Source: Vicinamibacterales bacterium (lineage in GTDB: Bacteria; Acidobacteriota; Vicinamibacteria; Vicinamibacterales; UBA8438). From it: 64,000 bases of DNA. A program made the translations under genes and the position numbers. Below are positions 42,951-53,482 of the stretch, piece by piece. The DNA is taken from contig OY760136.1 in the NCBI GenBank assembly GCA_963663195.1, positions 4,359,079-4,423,078 of the forward strand, written 5' to 3'. How positions within the stretch are numbered: the first letter of the stretch is position 1; each line of letters starts with the position of its first letter. Under the pieces are notes generated by a model. That model was not told the DNA's origin. It ran no database searches and worked only from the letters and a program-made list of their open reading frames with translations.

Positions 42951-45161
42951 CTACCGCATGCCCCAGGCCCGCCGCAGCGACCACTCGGCCGCCAACAGTC
43001 CGACCAGCAGCAGAAACGTCCAGACGCCGTGCCACAGCTCACGCGTTACGGGCGGCGGCTCGACGGCGGCGGCACGCAGCAGTCCGCCCAGCTCGCGGGC
43101 CTCGGAAGCCTCCAGGTAGGCGCCGCCGCTGCCGCCGGCCAGCCGGCGCAGCAGCGCTTCGTCCCGGCGGGGATCCGCAAATTCCGGGTCGACGCCGCCG
43201 ACCAGCACCCACCGGGTGGCAACCGTCGGTTGCTCCGCGTCGAGTCCGGAGCGGGCGTCGATACGGTACACCCCGGCATCGTCGGCGCGGAAGCGCGCGG
43301 CGTAGCGCCCGGCGCGGCGGTCCGCCAGCACGGCCTCGACGGCCTGCACGTCGCCGGCAGGCGTGGTCACTTCCACGACCGGCGGCGCATCGGGCCGCGG
43401 CCGGTAGCCTGCGTCGTGCACGTGGATGTCGATGTCGATCCGCGCGCCGGGCGCGCGGCCGGACGGCGCTGAGAGCGACAGCCGCCCCGGCGTCTCCGCC
43501 GTGAGCCAGCGCGCGGCCTGGCGCCAGAACAGGTCGTAGGTCCGGCTGTCGGAAGGCAGCATCATCTTCCAGCGCCAGGCCGCCTCCCCCGCGAACACCA
43601 TCGCCCGGCCGCGGCCGTACCGCTGCACGGCAACCAGGGGGCTGGCGCCGCCCTCCGGGCGCCCGACGTGCGCCAGCACGGACGCGCCCGGGCGCGCCGC
43701 GCCCAGGGACACGCTGCCGGCCAGCCGCGGCGCAGCCTCCCAACCCGTCCGCGTTTCCCCGGCGTCCGGTCCCAGCCGCATGATCGGATGCGCCTCGCCG
43801 TCGGCGGTCAGCAGCAGCCGGTGGCGGTTGGCGAAACGTCCGGCGGCGGTCACCGGGCGCCCGCGGTCGGACAACGCCAGCGGAATGGCCGCCTCGATGG
43901 CCGACCCGGCGAAACCCTCGCCCTCCAGCGTGATGGCCCCGAGCAGCAGCAACCCGCCCCCGCGGTCGGCCACGAATTCCGCCGTCATCTCGAGCTGCGC
44001 CGGCTGGAAGAACGCGGGCTCGACATTCGCGAAGACCACGGCGTCATACTCGAAGAGCGCCTCCCGGCTCCGGGGATAACCGGTTGCCAGCGCCGCCGTC
44101 CGGGCCGGGTCGCCCTGCACGTAGAACGTCTGCTCGCCGCGCTCGTTCAGGCCCTTGCGCACCACGGCGTCGATAGCCAGACCGGGGTCGGCCAGCCAGA
44201 CCCGCTTCAGGAAGCTGTGCTCGTGGCCGGGAGCGCCTTCGACCAGCAACAGGCGGCGGACGCGGGCGGGCGGCTGGACGAGTACGCTGCGGCGGTTGTT
44301 CTCGACGACCCGCTCGCCGTCCGCCGATGGAATCTCCACGGTGTAAAGCGTTGCGGCATCGGTGTCGGGCGCCACGCGGAAGACGGTTTGCAGCGGCGTT
44401 CCGGCCGCGGGCGGCGCCACGCGCCGTGTCTCGATCAAGCGGCCGCCATCGAGCAACCGCACCGGGATCGGCGCCGGGGCACCGCCGCGCGCGACCACCT
44501 CGGCGACCAGATCAACGACGGATCCGGCTACCGCGGCCTCCCCGGCCGTCAGCGCCGAGACCTCGAGGTCCGGAAAATCACCGGCCGGACCGAGACCGAC
44601 CGCGTAGACCGGACCGAGGCTGCCGCCAACGATCTGATCCATGCCTTCGCCGCCCGTATCGCCGCCGTCGGAGACCACCACCACGCCGGCAAGCGCGCGT
44701 CCCTCATGGCGTTCGACCACGGATTGCAGCGCGGCGGCCAGGTCGGTCCGCCGCGCCGCCGGCTCCACGGCATCCGCTGCGGCCGGCACGGACGTGCCGT
44801 CGAGCGTGACGACCTCCACGTCGAATCGTCCGGCAAGCGACGGCACGATCGCGTCGCGCACCAGCGTTACCGCGCGGTCGATGCGGCGCTGCGGCAGGCC
44901 GTCCGCGAGCCGCATGCTCCGCGAGTCGTCGAGCAGCACCGCCACCGCCGCGCCGGGGGCCGCGCCCGGCTCCGTGAACACCGGCCGCAGGAGCAACACG
45001 AGGAGCAGCAGCAGCGCCGCCAGCCGCAGCCCGGTCAGGCCGGCGCGGCGGATTCCGGACAGCGGCACGGGCGGGTTGGCGTAGGCCATGTACGCCGTCA
45101 CCGCCGCCGCGGCGGCCAGGACGACCACAAGCCAGAGCGGAATGTCAGCAGCCAGAGACAC
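42951..45161 (-). CDS. Membrane-anchored vWA + glutamine-amidotransferase-like domain protein
   Basis: N-terminal TMs, LLDDSRSM MIDAS motif, RTDL, VSDG, GGGLLLLG, YGRGR..WRW and C-terminal EW.LRR.WG. Confidence 0.8.
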   Translation of the reverse strand: MSLAADIPLWLVVVLAAAAAVTAYMAYANPPVPLSGIRRAGLTGLRLAALLLLLVLLLRPVFTEPGAAPGAAVAVLLDDSRSMRLADGLPQRRIDRAVTLVRDAIVPSLAGRFDVEVVTLDGTSVPAAADAVEPAARRTDLAAALQSVVERHEGRALAGVVVVSDGGDTGGEGMDQIVGGSLGPVYAVGLGPAGDFPDLEVSALTAGEAAVAGSVVDLVAEVVARGGAPAPIPVRLLDGGRLIETRRVAPPAAGTPLQTVFRVAPDTDAATLYTVEIPSADGERVVENNRRSVLVQPPARVRRLLLVEGAPGHEHSFLKRVWLADPGLAIDAVVRKGLNERGEQTFYVQGDPARTAALATGYPRSREALFEYDAVVFANVEPAFFQPAQLEMTAEFVADRGGGLLLLGAITLEGEGFAGSAIEAAIPLALSDRGRPVTAAGRFANRHRLLLTADGEAHPIMRLGPDAGETRTGWEAAPRLAGSVSLGAARPGASVLAHVGRPEGGASPLVAVQRYGRGRAMVFAGEAAWRWKMMLPSDSRTYDLFWRQAARWLTAETPGRLSLSAPSGRAPGARIDIDIHVHDAGYRPRPDAPPVVEVTTPAGDVQAVEAVLADRRAGRYAARFRADDAGVYRIDARSGLDAEQPTVATRWVLVGGVDPEFADPRRDEALLRRLAGGSGGAYLEASEARELGGLLRAAAVEPPPVTRELWHGVWTFLLLVGLLAAEWSLRRAWGMR

Positions 45162-45170
45162 TGCGGTAGC

Positions 45171-45354
45171 CTAGCCCGAATTTCTCACCAGCGTTCGTCG
45201 CGAGGGCATCGAGGCGCCGGTGTGGTGGGTCGCACGGACTGAACGACGCTGCAGGCGTAGTAGTGACTACGTCGAAGCGGCGTGAGGGAGTACGGCCCGC
45301 CACAGCGAGCGGATCGGCGGCCGCAGCAGAAGGTTGGTGAGAAATGCGGGCTAG
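45171..45354. mobile_element. MITE family 1 (184 bp, CTAG-ended)
   Basis: 20-bp terminal inverted repeats CTAGCCCGAATTTCTCACCA / TGGTGAGAAATGCGGGCTAG (19/20 match). Internal CGTAG-N6-CTACG hairpin. No transposase. Confidence 0.85.
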
Positions 45355-45455
45355 CAGCCTGTGGCCAAACCCCGCGTCGCACCGAAACCGGTCAGGCTCC
45401 CGGCTGACAAGGCGTGACGAGGGAGAAATTTGGGCATATTCGACCGAGGAACAAG
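45351..45455. mobile_element. Left-half relic of MITE family 2
   Basis: CCTGTGGC..ACCCCGCGTCGCAC...CCCGGCTGACAAGGCG..GA.GAG.GAG is homologous to 56432-56500. It shares the CTAG with MITE 1. Confidence 0.75.
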
Positions 45456-45545
45456 CCGCGCACGGCGCGGCCCGGCCAGCGCGGCGCGGGGCAACGGGGT
45501 CCCCGCTAGCGCTGGCCGGGGGTTTGGGGCGCAGCCCCATCTAAC
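45455..45545. repeat. Full-length copy of the REP-like repeat
   Basis: GCCGCGCAC.GCGCGGCCCG...GGGGCAA.GGGGTCCCCGC.AG...GGGGGTTTGGGGCGCAGCCCCATCTAAC matches 5368-5530, including the CATCTAAC tail. Confidence 0.85.
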
Positions 45546-48500
45546 GATGCTGCTGCTCGGCGAGCGATCGGTAGTACTCGTCGACCAGGCGGCGGTACGG
45601 CGCCGGCAGGGGCTCGGCGGCGCCCAGGCCCGGCCGCTCATTCTCCGCGTCACCGGCAAGCGCGCGTGCGCGGGACGCCTCGAACTCGTCCAGCAGCACC
45701 TGCAGCTCGCTGTACAAGCTGGTCCAGGCGGACAGGTCCTGCCGCCCGGGGTCGGTGCCCGGCGCCGCCTCGCTCCACCAGTGCTGCGCCCACCGCTCGA
45801 GGTCGGGCTGCAGATCCGGCCGTGCGCGGGCCAACTCGTCCAGCACGCCGTCGATGCCGGCCCCCTGCGCCGCCGGGCCGGCCTCGGAACGGGCGGCCGG
45901 CTCGCGTCCCGGCGCCGCGCCCTGCGGGCGCTGGCCGATCTCCGCCAGCCGCCGCCGCAGCTCCTGAGCCGCCTCCAGCTCGGCCGCCAGCCGCCCGCGG
46001 TCGGCGCCCGGCTCGTCACCGGCGCCAGCCAGCGCCCCGGCCACGCGCTCCAGCGCCCGGGCCAGCCGCCCCGGGGACTCCCCGGCACGATCCGGATCCG
46101 CGCCGCGCGACTGCGCGTCGTCCCGCCTGCCGCCGGCCTCCGCACCAGTGGCCGCCGTATCGTCGGCCGCCGCGCCGTCGCGGCGCCATTCTTCCGCGAG
46201 GTCGCGCATGCGTCGTGCGACGTCCTCCCCGGCCAGCGTCCGTGACGCACCCTCCAGCGCCTGCTGCTCGCCGTCGGACGCCCCCGATTGCGCCCGATCG
46301 ATACGGGTGGCCAGCGCGTCGACGCGGTCGGCGAGACGGCTCTGGCGCTCGGCGCGGCGACCGCCGGCCGCGTGTCCATCCGGCGCCTCCTCCGCGCGGC
46401 CGGACTCGGCGGCCAGCTGCCGCTGAAGACCTGCAATCTGCTGCGCTTCCAGTTGGAGGTCGCCAATCCGGCCGCGCCGGCCGCCGCGCGGCGGGCCGTC
46501 ACCCAGACTCCGTCCCAGCTCGCGCAGACCGTCCAGCGCCTGACGGCCGCTCACGGCGGCCTGCGACGGGGCGCCGCGTCCCAGCTCGTCCGCGGCGCGC
46601 CGCATCTGCTCTGCGGCTTCCCGCGCCGTGCGCGCATCGGGCGGACGCCCCGCGCCCTGCCGCTCGGGCCGCGCCAGCTCGCGTCCAAGCTCCTCCATCT
46701 GCCGCCGGATTTCCTCCTGCTCGCGCGCCAGCCGCTCGAGCATCCGCTCGGCCGCCTGCCCGTCCTCGGGCTGGTCCGCCAGATCCTGCTGCCGGCGGTT
46801 CAGATCCTCCTGGCGGCGGGCGAGCTCCTGCAGCCGCTGCCGCAACGCGTCGTCCCCGGCCTCCGCAGACTGCTCCGCTTGCTGCGGCCGGCTCTCGTAG
46901 TTGGTCTGCTGATCGCGGCGCAGCTCACGGTCGAACAACGCGGACAGGTCTTCCTGCGCGCCGCGCGCGCCGCCGCGCGCGCCCTGGCTCGCCGGCGGCT
47001 GCACCTGCGTGCGGGCGGATTCGTCGCGCGCCCGCAGCAGGTGGTCGAGCGCCGCCATTTCGTGCGGCACCGCCACGCCGGGGCGGCCGGCCCGCAGACC
47101 GGCCTCGGCCGCGGTCATCGCCTCGACGGCCGCGGCGAGCGCCTCCTGCACCTCGCGGGTCTCGTCGCCGGCGCCGGTATCCGCCGCGGGGGCCGGCGGC
47201 CGCAGCCGCGACGCCAGTACGCGGGCCGCCAGCGACACATCGTTCTGGGCGTCCGCAACGGTCTCCAGGTCCTCCGCCGCCCGCTCGTCCGGCGGCCGGC
47301 CGTCCAGCTTCCAGGTGGCGACGATAATCTCCTTCTGCAGCTCCGCGAGCCGAGCCAGCTCGTCGGTCGGCATGCCCGTCGAGTCCTGGCTGCGGGCCTC
47401 CTCGAACTCGCGGCCGAACGGCCGCACCTGGAGGAAATAGATGTCGCTGCGCGTCTCGCCGGCGGCGCTGTCGCGCGCGCGCACGTGGTACGTGATGAAC
47501 TTGCCCGGCTCCAGCGACAGCTCCTCGGCGAAGATGGTAAGGGCGCCGGCGGCGCGCGCCGCGCCGTCGTCGTGCTGCAGGCTGACGACCCGATCCGGCC
47601 GTCCGGGAACGCCGTACACCAGCTCGAACCGGCGCAGCCCGTAGTCGTCCTCGGCGCGCGCCTCGACCACCACCTCCTCGAGCGGCGTGATTTCGCGGTC
47701 GCCGCCGGGGCGCAGAATCTCCACCGCGGGCGGCATGTCACGAATGGCCCGGATGAAGTAGTCGATGCCCGCCGGGTTGGGCAATCCGTCGGCGTCCACC
47801 GCCGCGATGCGGTAGGTGTCGTCGGCCAGCACTTCGAACGAGCCGGCCAGGATCCGCGGGTCGCCGGCCGGCGCCAGGCTCGTACGCCCGCCGGCGGCGC
47901 GGGCGAGCGCGGCCTGCTCCACCGGCTTGCTCATCCGCACGGTGACGGTGACGCGCGTGCCGGGCGGCGCCTGAACATCCCCGCCGTCGATCTCGATCCG
48001 GGGAGACAAGCCGATGGACGGCGGGTAGCGGTACGCGACGTCGACCCGCTCCACCCGCGGCGCATGCAGCGCGGTAACCTCGTACCGCGCCGACGTCAGC
48101 GACGCGGCGCGCACGCGGTAGGAAAAACTGTCGTCGACCGCGGGAATGTCGAGGCTGTACGTCCCGTCGCCGGCGGCCACCATCTCGACCGCCGGCCGCG
48201 CGTCCGCGCCGTCCGTCATGACGACCACCGGCGGCGTCCGCGGCGGCGCGCCGACGGCGGCGTCAAGCCTGGCCTCCAGCCGCAGCGGCTGGCCCGCCGG
48301 CACGCGCGCATCCCCCGGCTCGACATGCAGCGCGGCGGCGTACGGAAAGGCATAGAGCCAGGCCGTGCTGCCGAGACGGCCGAGCGGGCCGCTGCCGAGC
48401 GCAAGTACGAGCAGCAGGACGGCCGCGGCCGCGATCGTCTGCGCGAGCGGCCCCTGGAGCTCCCGCCGCGGCACCACCTGGTGCGGCGCCACCGCACGCG

Positions 48501-48891
48501 CGTGGCGCGCCGCGTCGCGCACCACCAACTCCGGGAAAGACGAGGCCCGGCCGCGGCGGATGACCTCCGCCGCACTGGCAAGCCGGTCCTGCAGCGCGGG
48601 GCAGCGCTCCTCGATGTAGCGCGCGACCTGACCGTCGTCCGGCAGGCGCCGCAGGCGCCAGGCGACGCGCACGGCCGCGGCGCCGGCCAGCAGCAGCGCC
48701 GCGCCCAGAAGGGCCACCATCAACCCGTCGCCGGGCCGCAGCCAGCGGTCCGTCGCGAGCAAAAGCAGCAGGACGCCCGCTGCCGCCGCCACCGTGGCGG
48801 CGGCCGTGCGCAGCACGCGCGCCGCCTGCCAGCGGCGCCGCACCTGGCTCAGCAGCGCCAGGAGATCATCGAGTGCGGTTGCGGGATCCAT
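45541..48891 (-). CDS. DUF4175-like membrane protein with Ig-like and coiled-coil regions
   Basis: N-terminal TMs, L.DRL.SA, YRYP, D.PP.V.I..P, AEDDYGL, Gln/Glu-rich coils and C-terminal P..YRRLVDEYYRSLA. Confidence 0.75.
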   Translation of the reverse strand: MDPATALDDLLALLSQVRRRWQAARVLRTAAATVAAAAGVLLLLLATDRWLRPGDGLMVALLGAALLLAGAAAVRVAWRLRRLPDDGQVARYIEERCPALQDRLASAAEVIRRGRASSFPELVVRDAARHARAVAPHQVVPRRELQGPLAQTIAAAAVLLLVLALGSGPLGRLGSTAWLYAFPYAAALHVEPGDARVPAGQPLRLEARLDAAVGAPPRTPPVVVMTDGADARPAVEMVAAGDGTYSLDIPAVDDSFSYRVRAASLTSARYEVTALHAPRVERVDVAYRYPPSIGLSPRIEIDGGDVQAPPGTRVTVTVRMSKPVEQAALARAAGGRTSLAPAGDPRILAGSFEVLADDTYRIAAVDADGLPNPAGIDYFIRAIRDMPPAVEILRPGGDREITPLEEVVVEARAEDDYGLRRFELVYGVPGRPDRVVSLQHDDGAARAAGALTIFAEELSLEPGKFITYHVRARDSAAGETRSDIYFLQVRPFGREFEEARSQDSTGMPTDELARLAELQKEIIVATWKLDGRPPDERAAEDLETVADAQNDVSLAARVLASRLRPPAPAADTGAGDETREVQEALAAAVEAMTAAEAGLRAGRPGVAVPHEMAALDHLLRARDESARTQVQPPASQGARGGARGAQEDLSALFDRELRRDQQTNYESRPQQAEQSAEAGDDALRQRLQELARRQEDLNRRQQDLADQPEDGQAAERMLERLAREQEEIRRQMEELGRELARPERQGAGRPPDARTAREAAEQMRRAADELGRGAPSQAAVSGRQALDGLRELGRSLGDGPPRGGRRGRIGDLQLEAQQIAGLQRQLAAESGRAEEAPDGHAAGGRRAERQSRLADRVDALATRIDRAQSGASDGEQQALEGASRTLAGEDVARRMRDLAEEWRRDGAAADDTAATGAEAGGRRDDAQSRGADPDRAGESPGRLARALERVAGALAGAGDEPGADRGRLAAELEAAQELRRRLAEIGQRPQGAAPGREPAARSEAGPAAQGAGIDGVLDELARARPDLQPDLERWAQHWWSEAAPGTDPGRQDLSAWTSLYSELQVLLDEFEASRARALAGDAENERPGLGAAEPLPAPYRRLVDEYYRSLAEQQHR

Positions 48892-48927
48892 GGACGGTCG
48901 AATGCAGCGGGACTCCTGCCACGGGCT
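48882..48927. mobile_element. Right-end relic of MITE family 2
   Basis: CGGTCGAATGCAGCGGG (48895-48911) is identical to 56554-56570, and is followed by ACTCCTGCCACGGGCT, which resembles the terminal inverted repeat (TIR). Confidence 0.7.
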
Positions 48928-48942
48928 TCCGGCCCAATTCTG

Positions 48943-50784
48943 TCACGCGACGGCGCGGCCGAGCCAGGACTCGGCCACCAGCAGGACCGCCATGGCCAGG
49001 ATGGCGTACCACCACCAGCCCTGCTCCGCTTCCCGCGTTGCCGCGTCGTCGCGCTGCGCATCCGCGACCGGCGCCGCGGCGGACCGGCCGACGCGCGCCT
49101 CGAACGCCTGCGCGGTCATGCGCGCCGGATCGGACTCGCGCGGATCGACGTTCAGCACGATGGCGCGCCCCCCGTCCGGCTCGACCGCCGTACCGGGGAC
49201 CGGTTCGACGCCGGGCGGCGCGTCGGCCACCAGCCGGCTGCGCGGCTGCTCCCGGCGCGCGCCCAGATACCGCGTCACCTCGTGCGCGAACGGCACGAAC
49301 GCGGGACGGCGCGGAAAGTCGTTCCACTCGTTGCCGAGATCCGAGGCGAGCAGCAGCAACCGGCCGGCGCCGAATTCCTGCTCCACGATCGCCGGCATCC
49401 CGTCCGAAAAGGCCGCGAGCACCCGTCCGCCGGTCAGCTCCACCGGCTGCGTCCGCGCGAACCGCACCTGGCCCAGGGCGCCGGGATCCGCACCGAACGC
49501 CCGGAAGATCGGGTGTCGGGCGTCTTGCACGGTCCACGCCAACGCATTGCCGGCCGGCGGCGCAGCCGGCGCGAATCCAGCGTCCGGACCGAGCAGCTCG
49601 GGGGCCAGTTCCGGGTCGAGGCCCGGGCCGGCCGCCACCAGCAGGCCGGCGCCCGCGGCGACGAGCGCCGCGAGTTGCTCGCGGGCGGGCCGCTCGAGTC
49701 CACCAGTTCCAAGCAGCCACACGGCGGCCACGCCGTCGAGCGGCGCCCCGGAGACGCCGGCCGGCTCGAGATGCCGGATGTTGAAGCGCTCCCGGTCCGC
49801 AGCGGCGCGCAGCGCCCGCTCCAGGTAGAACACGGCGTCGGCGGAGCCGACGAGCGCCACCTCCATGCGGTCCGCGGCGCCGAGCAGGTGGTAGCGGCGG
49901 TCGTCGGCGGCGACGCCGCCGGGATCCTCGACGGCGACTTCCAGCAAGCCCGCCGGCGGCAGAGCCGCGTCGAAGACGACGTCGGTGGACCCCGGCGCCA
50001 AGGTCATCTCCTCGGCTTCGATCACGACGCCGCCAGCGCGCAGCTCGATGCGGCCGGGGCGACCCTCGGCGCCGAAATTCAACACCACCGCGGCGGCGCC
50101 TGCGGGCGTCGCCTCCATCGCCGTCACCGCCAGATTGTCGCCGGGCGACTCCACGACCGCCGCCGTCACGGCAACCTCCGACGGCACGCGACCTCCGGCG
50201 CCCGCGTCCCAGCCGGACTGCTGGAGGTCCGTGACCACCACGATGCGGCCCTCGCGCGCACCGATGACGCCGGCCGCGGCATCCAGGGCCGCGGCGTAGG
50301 CGGTGGCGCCGTAGCCGACCTCCGCGCGGTCGATCGCCGCCACGGCGGCATCGCGGCCGGGCGCCGGCTCCGCGACGACGCGCGCCCGATCGTCAAAGAT
50401 CACCACGCCGACCAGGTCCCCCGCCGGCGCCGCCGCGACCGCCGCGCGCGCCGCCGCGCGGGCGCGCTCGAACATGCCGGGAAACGCCATGCTGAACGAG
50501 CGGTCGAGCGCCACGATCGTCACCGGCCGGCCCGCCAGTCCGGTCGCATCGAAGAACGGCCGGGCGAATGCCGCGGCCAGCAGCAGCAGCGCCGCGACGC
50601 GCAACGCCAGCAGCAGCCAGTCGCGCAGCCATCGCCGGCGTACGGCCGCAGACTGCGCGCGGCGCAGGAACCGCAGGTCGCTGAACGCCAGCGGCGGCGC
50701 CGATTGGCGCCGCACGAAGTGCAGCAGGATTGGAATGGCAATCGCCAGCGCACCGGCCAGAAACGCGGGGAACAGGAACGACAC
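48943..50784 (-). CDS. BatA N-terminal + vWA domain membrane protein
   Basis: FLFPAFL...AIPILLHF, LLALR...AFARP, LDRSFSM, VTDLQ and NVDPRESD motifs. Confidence 0.85.
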   Translation of the reverse strand: MSFLFPAFLAGALAIAIPILLHFVRRQSAPPLAFSDLRFLRRAQSAAVRRRWLRDWLLLALRVAALLLLAAAFARPFFDATGLAGRPVTIVALDRSFSMAFPGMFERARAAARAAVAAAPAGDLVGVVIFDDRARVVAEPAPGRDAAVAAIDRAEVGYGATAYAAALDAAAGVIGAREGRIVVVTDLQQSGWDAGAGGRVPSEVAVTAAVVESPGDNLAVTAMEATPAGAAAVVLNFGAEGRPGRIELRAGGVVIEAEEMTLAPGSTDVVFDAALPPAGLLEVAVEDPGGVAADDRRYHLLGAADRMEVALVGSADAVFYLERALRAAADRERFNIRHLEPAGVSGAPLDGVAAVWLLGTGGLERPAREQLAALVAAGAGLLVAAGPGLDPELAPELLGPDAGFAPAAPPAGNALAWTVQDARHPIFRAFGADPGALGQVRFARTQPVELTGGRVLAAFSDGMPAIVEQEFGAGRLLLLASDLGNEWNDFPRRPAFVPFAHEVTRYLGARREQPRSRLVADAPPGVEPVPGTAVEPDGGRAIVLNVDPRESDPARMTAQAFEARVGRSAAAPVADAQRDDAATREAEQGWWWYAILAMAVLLVAESWLGRAVA

Positions 50785-50786
50785 GG

Positions 50787-51689
50787 TCAGCAGCGCCGGC
50801 TGCGCGCCGACAGGTACGCCAGGAGCGCCGCGTCGAGCGCCTGCGACGTATCCACGAGGCAGTAGTCGATGCCGGCCATTTGCAGCTCGCGCCGGTACAA
50901 CGCGATGAAGGCCTGCACTTCCTCCAGGTACCGCGCGCGCACGGCGGACGGCACGGCGGTCAGCTCGGCGCCGGTCTCCAGGTCGCGGAAGCGCGCGGCG
51001 TTCTCGAATGGAAAGGTCAGCTCCGCCGGATCGAGCAGATGGAACACGATCACGTCGACGCCGCGGAAGCGCAGATGCCGCAGTCCGCGCACGACCTCCG
51101 CGGGATCGTCCAGCAGGTCCGAGATGAGCACCGCCATGCCCCGCCGCGACAGCGCCTCGGCCAGGCGGTCGAGGGGCTTGGACAGATCCGACCCGCGCTC
51201 GGCGCGCAGCGCGTCCAGCGCGAGCAGCAGGCGCCGCAGGTGGCCGGGGCGCGCGCTGGCCGGCAGGTGCTGCACGATCCGGTCGGCGAACGCCAGCAGG
51301 CCGACGGCGTCGTGTTGCCGGTTCATCAGGTACGCGATCGAAGCAGCCAGGTACGCCCCGTACTCCTGCTTCGTCACGCCGCCCGAGCCGTAGCCCATCG
51401 ATCCGGAGACGTCCAGCAGGAGGTGGCACTCCAGGTTGGTCTCCTCCTCGAACTTCTTCACGTAGTGCCGGTCGCTGCGCGCGTACAGCTTCCAGTCGAT
51501 CAGCGACGTATCGTCGCCCGGCATGTATTGCCGATACTCGGAGAACTCCACGCTGAAGCCCTGGGCGGGGCTGCGGTGAAGCCCGCTGAGGAATCCCTCG
51601 ACGACCGCCCGCGCCCGCAACTCCATGGAGCCGATGCGCGCGATGACCGCCGGGTCGAGATAGCGCAGCTCGTTGGGGCGGGGTGCCAC
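50787..51689 (-). CDS. DUF58 protein (MoxR-associated)
   Basis: G.HRS...G.SVEFSEYRQY.PGDD...IDWK..AR, LLDVSGSM and ISDL. Confidence 0.93.
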   Translation of the reverse strand: MAPRPNELRYLDPAVIARIGSMELRARAVVEGFLSGLHRSPAQGFSVEFSEYRQYMPGDDTSLIDWKLYARSDRHYVKKFEEETNLECHLLLDVSGSMGYGSGGVTKQEYGAYLAASIAYLMNRQHDAVGLLAFADRIVQHLPASARPGHLRRLLLALDALRAERGSDLSKPLDRLAEALSRRGMAVLISDLLDDPAEVVRGLRHLRFRGVDVIVFHLLDPAELTFPFENAARFRDLETGAELTAVPSAVRARYLEEVQAFIALYRRELQMAGIDYCLVDTSQALDAALLAYLSARSRRC

Positions 51690-51702
51690 GGGCTGACCTA
51701 CC

Positions 51703-52699
<997 letters not shown>

Positions 52700-52716
<17 letters not shown>

Positions 52717-53482
52717 ACACGATCTCGTTGATGATCATGCGGTACGCGCGGCCCGTGTGCTCCACGTAGCCGGGGTACTCCTCGGCGTTCGACCATTCCC
52801 AGCCGTCGCCCATGTCGGTGTTGAAGTTGGCCAGCACCATCGCCCGGCCATTGTCGTCCAGAATGCCGTGCAACTGCGCCCGGTAGCCACCTTTCTCCCA
52901 GGTCACGCCGCCGAAGAACGAGCCGAGTCCGGCTATCTGCGGATACTCCGGCAGCGCGTAGAAGCAGCTGAACACCGGATGGTCGGGCGGCAGCTCGACC
53001 AGCTCGCGGTCGGGAAACACCCGCCGCAGCTGCTGCTCGAACAGCTCCCATTCGAGCGGGCCGTGGAAATCGTCGAAGGTGGCGGTGCCGCCGCGCAACA
53101 GGAACTCGCGCAGGATGCCGGCCTCATCCTCCGACAGCTCCATGTTGGCCGGCTCGACGAAGTAGATCCATGGATACTCCCAGAGCCGCCGGTCGGACAG
53201 CTCCATGATGAGCGGATCATTGACCTTGACGGAGGTGACGCGCGCCATGCGGCGCGACAGGTTCTGCTCGGCGGCCGGCCCGTCGATGGCCCACGGCTCG
53301 CTCCAGTAGCGGCGGCGGAACTGCTCCAGCCGTTCCGCCTCGGAGCTGTAGCGGATCCGTACGAATGTCCACTCCAGCCCGTCGAGGCTGCCCGCGGGCA
53401 TCTGGGCGGAGACGTCCGGGGCCGCCAGGGCGAGCAGCAGGCCGGCGGCCGCAGCCGAAGGTCGGTGAGAAACGCGGATCAA
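52700..53482 (-). CDS. DUF4159 domain protein
   Basis: FVRIRY, W..D.P.AE.NL, YPWIY, LREFLLRGG...DDF, LPPDHPVF and NTDMGDGWE motifs. Confidence 0.8.

Noticed and set aside
46288..50865. 1525-aa plus-strand ORF and other long antisense ORFs (e.g. 13661..16384, 53365..56004, 11266..13293)
   Set aside because: These are shadow frames of well-supported opposite-strand genes in high-GC DNA and carry no motifs.
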